Part shown: positions 9,720 through 20,900 of the stretch, one piece after another | How positions within the stretch are numbered: position 1 is the stretch's first letter | Layout of the letters: every line of letters begins with the position of its first letter | Assembly: GCA_044892505.1 (NCBI GenBank) | Contig: CM097883.1 | Span: 95,542,001 to 95,606,000, forward strand | Direction of reading: 5' to 3' | DNA from: Schmidtea nova | Lineage: Eukaryota | DNA length: 64,000 nt | Program-made: the position numbers and the translations under genes | Notes under the pieces: generated by a model | What the model was told of the DNA's origin: nothing | The model's input: only the letters and a program-made list of their open reading frames with translations | Database searches by the model: none

Positions 9720-10974
9720 AGATCTAAAAATCTTGGACCTCAACACAATTCCAGACTTGGATCAATTTTTTAAGTAGTTTGGAAATAGAATTTCAATACA
9801 GGAAAGGAGAAGAACATTGCAATGCAGATGCATTGTCAAGAAGGGAATATATGACATGCGTTCAATGCCAAACCATTCATATTAATCCAAAGACAGGAAA
9901 ACTCAAAACGAAGCTCTTGGCAATAATGACAGAAAACCCAGAACAAGAATGGTAAAGGAATTCAAAAGAAATTACAGAAATTATTAACAACATAAAACAA
10001 AAAAGGGCAATAAATTCTTAATGAAAAGTAGAGTAATATTCACAGAAAACAATAAAATATGGATTCCGGATGATGAAAGAATTAAATTCATTAAAAAGTA
10101 TCTTAAGAAACTGTGTCATGCTGGACCAATAAAAATTGAGAAATATGTGTCAAATAAATTTTCAATGAAACACATGAAACGAATGATCCAAGACGTAGTT
10201 CAAAGTTGTGAAAATTGTCAAAAGAGGAAAGCTGCAACTACACAGACTAAAGAGAAAATTTGTAAATTGTCAGAACCAGGTTTATTTGAAACAATATTTA
10301 TAGATTTTTGTGGTCCACTGAAACAAAGTCAGTATGGAATGAGATATATCTTAGGAATTATCGATAGTTTTAGTAAACATGTGATACTAAATGCAGAAAA
10401 ATCACAAGACGAAAAAACTGTTACAACAATTTTAAGAAATAATTGGATTTTAAAATAAGGAGCACCGAGATTCATACATTGTGACAGGGGTAAAGCAAAG
10501 TTATGGATAATTTAATGAAGGAGCATAACATTAAAATTATATTTTCAAGCCCTTACCATCATTCGGCGAATGGCCTAATCGAAATTAGAGATGCCATTCA
10601 TGTCACTTTAAAAGATCAGATCACAAGAACTGGGTGGAGTTATTACCAGAAATCGAGTTTATGCTGAATTCCACATTCCAGAAAACAATTAAGCAAACTC
10701 CATGTGAAAGAGTGTTTGGAAAAAGTATATATAAAGAATGGTCTACAAATATGTCAATTGAGAATACAAGTTTTGATGAAATAACCGAAAGAAAATTAAA
10801 AATAGGAGACATAGTGCTAGTAAAAAGAAATGATAACTACAAAGACGATGATAGATACTTTGGACCTGCAAAAGTGATAAAACAAATTCCGGAGAAGAGC
10901 TATGAAGTAGAACTTGTTAATGGAAAAAGGTTTTCACGAAATATAGAGTGGCTAAAGCCTTTTAAAAAAGGGGA
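9720..10974 (+). pseudogene. pol: Second, decayed gypsy RNase H C-terminus + integrase
   Basis: QTWINFLSSLEIEFQYRKGEEHCNADALSR; CHAGP...CENCQKRK; IFIDFCGPL; IDSFSK; IHCDRG; YHHSANGLIE; YFGPAKV. Contains stops and frameshifts. Confidence 0.85.
10964..10974 (+). promoter_or_regulatory. Polypurine tract aaaaaagggga
   Basis: Immediately precedes the 3' LTR. Confidence 0.7.
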
Positions 10975-11318
10975 TATGAGAATAATTTAATAAAACAGTA
11001 TTTAATTTTCAGTTTTTAATGGATATAATAAAATTAGATAATAATATTATAAATTAGCATAGTAAATTAAATATAAATATTGAAGTTATTAATTGGCTTG
11101 ATTGTAAATTTCATATTTAAGAATGATTGAAAATTAATATATAAAATGTATATTGAATGCTTGTGTATGAATATTCCCAATTCAATTATTAACTCTGCTT
11201 GCAAAGATATCCTCAAAAATAAAAAAAAGAAATTGTTTGAATTATAACAGAAATTTTGTGTTATTTTTAAAATATATCTTAAGAAATAATGGATGTTCTT
11301 AATTTGCGAAACCAAACA
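10975..11318 (+). repeat. 3' LTR
   Basis: Direct repeat of 2882-3228. Confidence 0.85.
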
Positions 11319-11628
11319 AATAGAAAGGAAGAATTGTTTTATAAAGCAAAAAAACGAAGAAATTGTTTAAAAAAGTACAAAAAAAGTTAGTTAAAAAAGT
11401 CGACAAGAGGAAACCATTTTAAAAAGCACAAAGCACTATACATTTTTAAAGCAGGAATATCAAAGTCATTTTAAAAGAATAAAGATAAATCAATATCTAA
11501 TTTGTCGAAACACTATTTAATTTGTTCATCTAAGACACTGTATTGAAGCGAGTCAACCAAACGATTCATTAAGCACCTGATACTTTATAAATAAATGTTG
11601 TATTTTATTTTATTCTATTTAGTATTAA

Positions 11629-11666
11629 CGGCATCGGCAACGAAAGTTTCAACCCCTGCAGTTAGT
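11629..11666 (+). repeat. Helitron-3'-end-like hairpin (ggcaacgaaagtttc...cagttagt)
   Basis: GC hairpin with a GAAA loop followed by a CTAGT-like end; related copy at 45189-45217. Confidence 0.4.
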
Positions 11667-11932
11667 GACAAGAGTAAATTTTGTGCTAGATTAAATAAAG
11701 GTTATTGTGTTGAGTGATTTGGTTAATTTAAATAAGAGCACAGAGTCAGAAATTAATACCAACTTAAAAATAAACCCAGAAATCGGAAAATAAATCAAAA
11801 TGAGAATAAGATTATAATTGACAATTGTAAAATTTTGGCGATATAATTATCATTTTAACACATCAAATTCCACCACTCAGACTAATTTACTTTCAAATTG
11901 TAATATATTTCATATCAAATTACAGTTGGTAT

Positions 11933-14900
11933 TTAACATTCAATGGAATAATGTAATTGATGGCCATTCTTTTTCGAAAATTTGTAACGAGTATTTCTAT
12001 TATTGGTCCCATCAAATTGTTCTCCTTTATAAAATCTGCAAAAACAATTAATTTAAAAATATATTTTTAAAGTTTTACGTTTGATTTGAAACAAGATATA
12101 AATATTTCTTATATTTGTTGTTTGATTGTTTATCTTGTGTAACAAAAGCAGATGTAACATTTGGAATGGTCTCACCTCCGAAATTAATGAGTTCGCCCAC
12201 ACTGTGAATGCTGTCATGATACTCAGCAAAATCATTAGTTAGATAGATGTGTATAAGTTTATTATCCTGGAAACGTACGCTACATTTAAAAGCCGAGATA
12301 TATAAAAACATACCTTAATAGAATGTATCAGAGTGATTTTTCCAAAAATGAATCTCAAAAAGGCATTAGTAATTTTCCCAGGAGTTTTTTTCCATGAAAT
12401 GTATCTTACATTGGTAAAATTGCTGATATCGGGGCCACTACCAATCGTAATTATGTCATCTGAAAACATAGATATGAAATTATCAAATAAATAAAAAAAA
12501 ATACTTTTAAATGCAACTAATTCATTTCTATTCGGATCAAAGAATAATGAATCGGCATTCGAAAACCGTTTGTCTAATATAACAGCCTTGAAGCTAGAAT
12601 CAAGAGCAAAATCTTTCATTTTCAAAGCGTGATTTGAATCGGTCAATAGATATATAGAATCCAGATCTACAACGCGCACAATTTATATGATAGCACATAT
12701 AAAAATTTACAATTGAAAATAGTTTTAATTTTTTGAAGTCCACATTTATTTGGCAAATTTGTAACGGAAGTGGAATATCTGATTTGACCAGTCGTTAACG
12801 ACTGAGGCAATGTCGATTGAGTCCTTTTTGGGTCGGTTTTCACACCAGTTTTATTTTTATTGGAGACATTGTGATCAAAAATAGAATTTGGTTTATTTGT
12901 TGACAAAATTAAATGGTTAGTTTTCTCGTTTTCAAAATTAAATTCATCAAAAGAATCACAAGGAACTCTATAAAATTAATGACTTAAAATATTAGAAAAA
13001 TAAATATTACTTCATTATTTTATCTAAAGTTGTCCAGTTCGCAACATTAATCTCAAAAAATTCCTTCAAACGAGCAGAATTTTCAGCTACATAAATTCTA
13101 TTTACAAAATAAATAAATAAGTAAATCAAAATTTAATAGTTACTTTTCACCATCAACAAAATATAATTGTTTCTGTCCCAACGAATTAGTAGTAAATGTT
13201 GAATTTACATTGATACTGATGTTTTGATTATTAACATTACGAATAATATCATTAATATTATTAGCATGACTTGAAAATTGTACAGAATTTCCACGCAGAA
13301 TACCAGTAACAGCTTGATTGTTCTAATGAATCAAAATTTTTAAATTAGAAGATTATTTTTGAAATCCAACTTGAATTATCCACATCTTTGAATAATTTAT
13401 ATTTTTCTGCTGCGGACAAAATACAGCCTTAATTGGACCTTTAAATATTCCATTTGACTGAATTTTGAGTTCAGAAATTTTCAAATTGCTCAAATCAGAA
13501 CCAGACGCCGTAAATATTTTATCATCTGAAAAATTAAATCTCAATTTAATAATTTAATATTTTGTTATAAAATACTTTTAAAAAATATAATTTTTTGAAT
13601 TCGTTCGTCGAAAAACATTGAATCAGATTCAAAAACCTCTTTTGTCAATTTAATTGGTCTAAATGACCAATCGATTTCCCCAGTGGATAAAATTCGATAT
13701 ATCATTCCGTTACTTTTAGTAATAAATATTTGATGATTTATATCTAAATTACAAATGAATTATGGAAAATTATGTAATAAGTTACATACAGTTAAAAACT
13801 CTAAAAATATTGCAGTCAGAATGAATTAAATTATTATCTTTGGAATTTGGAATATTTATTATAACGTTGTTATTATTAACAGTATTGGAAGTATAAAATA
13901 AATTTCGATTTTTCTTCGAAACGGTAAAATTGTTTTTCTTTACATCATCAATAGTTCTGACAGCAAAAGTTTTTTTATCAATGCTAATTGTCTTATTCAA
14001 AACATGCAAAACTATTTTGCTATCCGAATTCTCGTCAACAGAAACTGAAGGATTTTGTTCACATCCACCGTCACTTCCACAACCTCCATTATAATGATTA
14101 TTAATATTCACATTAATAACATTTATTTGGCCGACTGCAGTGTTTACATTTGAAAAAGAATTGTTTGAAACATATGAAATATTATAGTAATTTTTATAAA
14201 TTGGACATTCAGGTTCATGGAAACATTTTGGAGGAGGACATGGGGGATTATTTGGAGGACGGTTTGGAGATGGTGGACAAGTACAAGGAACGTCAGATGA
14301 ATGATGAGAATGAGTTGTCAAATGGTGATCTTCAGTTGTCGAAGTGGCAAGTGTGGCAGTTCCAGTAGTTACACTTTCTGAAGCAGTGGATGATTGTTGA
14401 GTTTGTTCAGTGGTATTGATATCAGTTGAAACTTGTTCACTCGTTACTTTCGATGGTGAAGTGGTTTGTTCTTCAGTTATCGAAGTGGCAGGTGTGGCAG
14501 TTCCAGTAGTTACACTTTCTGAAGCAGTGGATGATTGTTGAGTTTGTTCAGTGGTATTGATATCAGTTGAAACTTGTTCACTTGTTACTTTCAATGGTGA
14601 AGTTGTTTGTTCTTCAGTTTTTGAAGTGGCAGGTGTGGCAGTTCCAGTAGTTACACTTTCTGAAGCAGTGGATGATTGATGAGTTTGTTCAGTGGTATTG
14701 ATATCAGTTGAAACTTGTTCACTAGTTACTTTCGATGGTGAAGTGGTTTGTTCTTCAGTTGTCGAAGTGGCAGGTGTTGCAGTTCCAGTAGTTAGACTTT
14801 CTGAAGCAGTGGATGATTGATGAGTTTGTTCAGTGGTATTGATATCAGTTGAAACTTGTTCACTAGTTACTTTCGATGATGAAGTGGTTTGTTCTTCAGT

Positions 14901-17900
14901 TGTCGAAGTGGCAGGTGTGGCAGTTCCAGTAGTTACACTTTCTGAAGCAGTGGATGATTGTTGAGTTTGTTCAGTGGTATTGATATCAGTAGAAACTTGT
15001 TCACTAGTTACTTTCGATGATGAAGTGGTTTGTTCTTCAGTTGTCGAAGTGGCAGGTGTGGCAGTTCCAGTAGTTACACTTTCTGAAGCAGTGGATGATT
15101 GTTGAGTTTGTTCAGTGGTATTGATATCAGTTGAAACTTGTTCACTAGTTACTTTCGATGATGAAGTGGTTTGTTCTTCAGTTTTTGAAGTGGCAGGTGT
15201 GGCAGTTCCAGTAGTTACACTTTCTGAAGCAGTGGATGATTGTTGAGTTTGTTCAGTGGTATTGATATCAGTTGAAACTTGTTCACTAGTTACTTTCGAT
15301 GATGAAGTTGTTTGTTCTTCAGTTGTCGAAGTGGCAGGTGTGGCAGTTCCAGTAGTTACACTTTCTGAAGCAGTGGATGATTGTTGAGTTTGTTCAGTGG
15401 TATTGATATCAGTTGAAACTTGTTCACTTGTTACTTTCGATGGTGAAGTGGTTTGTTCTTCAGTTGTCGAAGTGGCAGGTGTGGCAGTTCCAGTAGTTAC
15501 ACTTTCTGAAGCAGTGGATGATTGTTGAGTTTGTTCAGTGGTATTGATATCAGTTGAAACTTGTTCACTAGTTACTTTCGATGATGAAGTGGTTTGTTCT
15601 TCAGTTGTCGAAGTGGCAGGTGTGGCAGTTCCAGTAGTTACACTTTCTGAAGCAGTGGATGATTGTTGAGTTTGTTCAGTGGTATTGAAATCAGTTGAAA
15701 CTTGTTCACTAGTTACTTTCGATGATGAAGTGGTTTGTTCTTCAGTTGTCGAAGTGGCAGGTGTGGCAGTTCCAGTAGTTACACTTTCTGAAGCAGTGGA
15801 TGATTGTTGAGTTTGTTCAGTGGTATTGATATCAGTTGAAACTTGTTCACTTGTTACTTTCGATGGTGAAGTGGTTTGTTCTTCAGTTGTCGAAGTGGCA
15901 GGTGTGGCAGTTCCAGTAGTTACACTTTCTGAAGCAGTGGATGATTGTTGAGTTTGTTCAGTGGTATTGATATCAGTTGAAACTTGTTCACTTGTTACTT
16001 TCGATGGTGAAGTGGTTCGTTCTTCAGTTGTCGAAGTGGCAGGTGTGGCAGTTCCAGTAGTTACACTTTCTGAAGCAGTGGATGATTGTTGAGTTTGTCC
16101 AGTGGTATTGATATCACTAGAAACTTGTTCACTAGTTACTTTCGATGATGAAGTGGTTTGTTCTTCAGTTTTTGAAGTGGCAGGTGTGGCAGTTCCAGTA
16201 GTTACACTTTCTGAAGCAGTGGATGATTGTTGAGTTTGTTCAGTGGTATTGATATCAGTTGAAACTTGTTCACTAGTTACTTTCGATGATGAAGTGGTTT
16301 GTTCTTCAGTTTTTGAAGTGGCAGGTGTGGCAGTTCCAGTAGTTACACTTTCTGAAGCAGTGGATGATTGTTGAGTTTGTTCAGTGGTATTGATATCAGT
16401 TGAAACTTGTTCACTTGTTACTTTCAATGGTGAAGTTGTTTGTTCTTCAGTTGTCGAAGTGACAGGTGTGGCAGTTCCAGTAGTTACACTTTCTGAAGCA
16501 GTGGATGATTGTTGAGTTTGTTCAGTGGTATTGATATCAGTTGAAACTTGTTCACTAGTTACTTTCGATGATGAAGTGGTTTGTTCTTCAGTTTTTGAAG
16601 TGGCAGGTGTGGCAGTTCCAGTAGTTACACTTTCTGAAGCAGTGGATGATCGTTGAGTTTGTTCAGTGGTATTGATATCAGTTGAAACTTGTTCACTTGT
16701 TACTTTCGATTGTGAAGTGGTTTGTTCTTCAGTTTTTGAAGTGGCAGGTGTGGCAGTTCCAGTAGTTACACTTTCTGAAGCAGTGGATGATTGTTGAGTT
16801 TGTTCAGTAGTATTGATATCAGTTGAAACTTGTTCACTTGTTACTTTCAATGGTGAAGTTGTTTGTTCTTCAGTTTTTGAAGTGACAGGTGTGGCAGTTC
16901 CAGTAGTTACACTTTCTGAAGCAGTGGATGATTGTTGAGTTTGTTCAGTGGTATTGATATCAGTTGAAACTTGTTCACTTGTTACTTTCGATGGTGAAGT
17001 GGTTTGTTCTTCAGTTGTCGAAGTGGCAGGTGTGGCAGTTCCAGTAGTTACACTTTCTGAAGCAGTGGATGATTGTTGAGTTTGTTCAGTGGTATTGATA
17101 TCAGTTGAAACTTGTTCACTTGTTACTTTCGATGGTGAAGTGGTTTGTTCTTCAGTTGTCGAAGTGGCAGGTGTGGCAGTTCCAGTAGTTACACTTTCTG
17201 AAGCAGTGGATGATTGTTGAGTTTGTTCAGTGGTATTGATATCAGTTGAAACTTGTTCACTTGTTACTTTCGATGGTGAAGTGGTTCGTTCTTCAGTTGT
17301 CGAAGTGGCAGGTGTGGCAGTTCCAGTAGTTACACTTTCTGAAGCAGTGGATGATTGTTGAGTTTGTCCAGTGGTATTGATATCACTAGAAACTTGTTCA
17401 CTAGTTACTTTCGATGATGAAGTGGTTTGTTCTTCAGTTTTTGAAGTGGCAGGTGTGGCAGTTCCAGTAGTTACACTTTCTGAAGCAGTGGATGATTGTT
17501 GAGTTTGTTCAGTGGTATTGATATCAGTTGAAACTTGTTCACTAGTTACTTTCGATGATGAAGTGGTTTGTTCTTCAGTTTTTGAAGTGGCAGGTGTGGC
17601 AGTTCCAGTAGTTACACTTTCTGAAGCAGTGGATGATTGTTGAGTTTGTTCAGTGGTATTGATATCAGTTGAAACTTGTTCACTTGTTACTTTCAATGGT
17701 GAAGTTGTTTGTTCTTCAGTTGTCGAAGTGACAGGTGTGGCAGTTCCAGTAGTTACACTTTCTGAAGCAGTGGATGATTGTTGAGTTTGTTCAGTGGTAT
17801 TGATATCAGTTGAAACTTGTTCACTAGTTACTTTCGATGATGAAGTGGTTTGTTCTTCAGTTTTTGAAGTGGCAGGTGTGGCAGTTCCAGTAGTTACACT

Positions 17901-20900
17901 TTCTGAAGCAGTGGATGATCGTTGAGTTTGTTCAGTGGTATTGATATCAGTTGAAACTTGTTCACTTGTTACTTTCGATTGTGAAGTGGTTTGTTCTTCA
18001 GTTTTTGAAGTGGCAGGTGTGGCAGTTCCAGTAGTTACACTTTCTGAAGCAGTGGATGATTGTTGAGTTTGTTCAGTAGTATTGATATCAGTTGAAACTT
18101 GTTCACTTGTTACTTTCAATGGTGAAGTTGTTTGTTCTTCAGTTTTTGAAGTGACAGGTGTGGCAGTTCCAGTAGTTACACTTTCTGAAGCAGTGGATGA
18201 TTGTTGAGTTTGTTCAGTGGTATTGATATCAGTAGAAACTTGTTCACTTGTTACTTTCGATGATGAAGTGGTTTGTTCTTCAGTTTTTGAAGTGGCAGGT
18301 GTGGCAGTTCCAGTAGTTACACTTTCTGAAGCAGTGGATGATTGTTGAGTTTGTTCAGTGGTATTGATATCAGTTGAAACTTGTTCACTTGTTACTTTCG
18401 ATGATGAAGTGGTTTGTTCTTCAGTTTTTGAAGTGGCAGGTGTGGCAGTTCCAGTAGTTAGACTTTCTGAAGCAGTGGATGATTGTTGAGTTTGTTCAGT
18501 GGTATTGATATCAGTAGAAACTTGTTCACTAGTTACTTTCGATGATGAAGTGGTTTGTTCTTCAGTTTTTGAAGTGGCAGGTGTGGCAGTTCCAGTAGTT
18601 ACACTTTCTGAAGCAGTGGATGATTGTTGAGTTTGTTCAGTGGTATTGATATCAGTTGAAACTTGTTCACTTGTTACTTTCGATTGTGAAGTGGTTTGTT
18701 CTTCAGTTTTTGAAGTGGCAGGTGTGGCAGTTCCAGTAGTTACACTTTCTGAAGCAGTGGATGATTGTTGAGTTTGTTCAGTGGTATTGATATCAGTAGA
18801 AACTTGTTCACTTGTTACTTTCGATGATGAAGTGGTTTGTTCTTCAGTTTTTGAAGTGGCAGGTGTGGCAGTTCCAGTAGTTACACTTTCTGAAGCAGTG
18901 GATGATTGTTGAGTTTGTTCAGTAGTATTGATATCAGTTGAAACTTGTTCACTTGTTACTTTCGATGGTGAAGTGGTTTGTTCTACAGTTTTTGAAGTGT
19001 CAGGTGTGGCAGTTCCAGTAGTTACACTTTCTGAAGCAGTGGATGATTGTTGAGTTTGTTCAGTGGTATTGATATCAGTTGAAACTTGTTCACTTGTTAC
19101 TTTCGATGGTGAAGTGGTTTGTTCTTCAGTTTTTGAAGTGGCAGGTGTTGCAGTTCCAGTAGTTACACTTTCTGAAGCAGTGGATGATTGTTGAGTTTGT
19201 TCAGTGGTATTGATATCAGTTGAAACTTGTTCACTTGTTACTTTCAATGGTGAAGTTGTTTGTTCTTCAGTTTTTGAAGTGGCAGGTGTGGCAGTTCCAG
19301 TAGTTACACTTTCTGAAGCAGTGGATGATTGTTGAGTTTGTTCAGTGGTATTGAAATCAGTTGAAACTTGTTCACTAGTTACTTTCGATGATGAAGTGGT
19401 TTGTTCTTCAGTTGTCGAAGTGGCAGGTGTGGCAGTTCCAGTAGTTACACTTTCTGAAGCAGTGGATGATTGTTGAGTTTGTTCAGTGGTATTTATATCA
19501 GTAGAAACTTGTTCACTTGTTACTTTCGATGATGAAGTGGTTTGTTCAGTTGTCAAAGTCTCAGGTGTGGCAGTTCCAGTAGTTACACTTTCTGAAGCAG
19601 TGGATGATTGTTGAGTTTGTTCAGTGGTATTGATATCAGTAGAAACTTGTTCACTTGTTACTTTCGATGATGAAGTGGTTTGTTCTTCAGTTTTTGAAGT
19701 GACAGGTGTGGCATTTCCAGTAGTTACACTTTCTGAAGCAGTGGATGATTGTTGAGTTTGTTCAGTGGTATTGATATCAATTGAAACTTGTTCACTTGTT
19801 ACTTTCGATGATGAAGTGGTTTGTTCAGTTGTCGAAGTCTCAGGTGTGGCAGTTCCAGTAGTTACACTTTCTGAAGCAGTGGATGATTGTTGAGTTTGTT
19901 CAGTGGTATTGATATCAGTTGAAACTTGTTCACTTGTTACTTTCGATTGTGAAGTGGTTTGTTCTTCAGTTTTTGAAGTGGCAGGTGTGGCAGTTCCAGT
20001 AGTTACACTTTCTGAAGCAGTGGATGATTGTTGAGTTTGTTCAGTGGTATTGATATCAGTAGAAACTTGTTCACTTGTTACTTTCGATGATGAAGTGGTT
20101 TGTTCTTCAGTTTTTGAAGTGGCAGGTGTGGCAGTTCCAGTAGTTACACTTTCTGAAGCAGTGGATGATTGTTGAGTTTGTTCAGTGGTATTGATATCAG
20201 TTGAAACTTGTTCACTTGTTACTTTCGATGATGAAGTGGTTTGTTCTTCAGTTTTTGAAGTGGCAGGTGTGGCAGTTCCAGTAGTTACACTTTCTGAAGC
20301 AGTGGATGATTGTTGAGTTTGTTCAGTGGTATTGATATCAGTTGAAACTTGTTCACTTGTTACTTTCGATGGTGAAGTGGTTTGTTCTTCAGTTTTTGAA
20401 GTGGCAGGTGTTGCAGTTACAGTAGTTACACTTTCTGAAGCAGTGGATGATTGTTGAGTTTGTTCAGTGGTATTGATATCAGTTGAAACTTGTTCACTTG
20501 TTACTTTCGATGGTGAAGTGGTTTGTTCTTCAGTTGTCGAAGTGGCAGGTGTGGCAGTTCCAGTAGTTACACTTTCTGAAGCAGTGGATGATTGTTGAGT
20601 TTGTTCAGTGGTATTGATATCAGTAGAAACTTGTTCACTAGTTACTTTCGATGATGAAGTGGTTTGTTCTTCAGTTTTTGAAGTGGCAGGTGTGGCAGTT
20701 CCAGTAGTTACACTTTCTGAAGCAGTGGATGATTGTTGAGTTTGTTCAGTGGTATTGATATCAGTTGAAACTTGTTCACTTGTTACTTTCAATGGTGAAG
20801 TTGTTTGTTCTTCAGTTGTCGAAGTGGCAGGTGTGGCAGTTCCAGTAGTTACACTTTCTGAAGCAGTGGATGATTGTTGAGTTTGTTCAGTGGTATTGAT

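Larger units (their letters stand above)
2882..11318 (+). mobile_element. Chimeric, non-autonomous Ty3/gypsy LTR retrotransposon (short-LTR element containing a foreign RNase H-integrase-accessory segment)
   Basis: Direct ~345-bp LTRs at both ends; PBS after the 5' LTR; PPT before the 3' LTR; gag at the start and RNase H/integrase remnants at the end. No protease or RT is visible. Confidence 0.85.
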
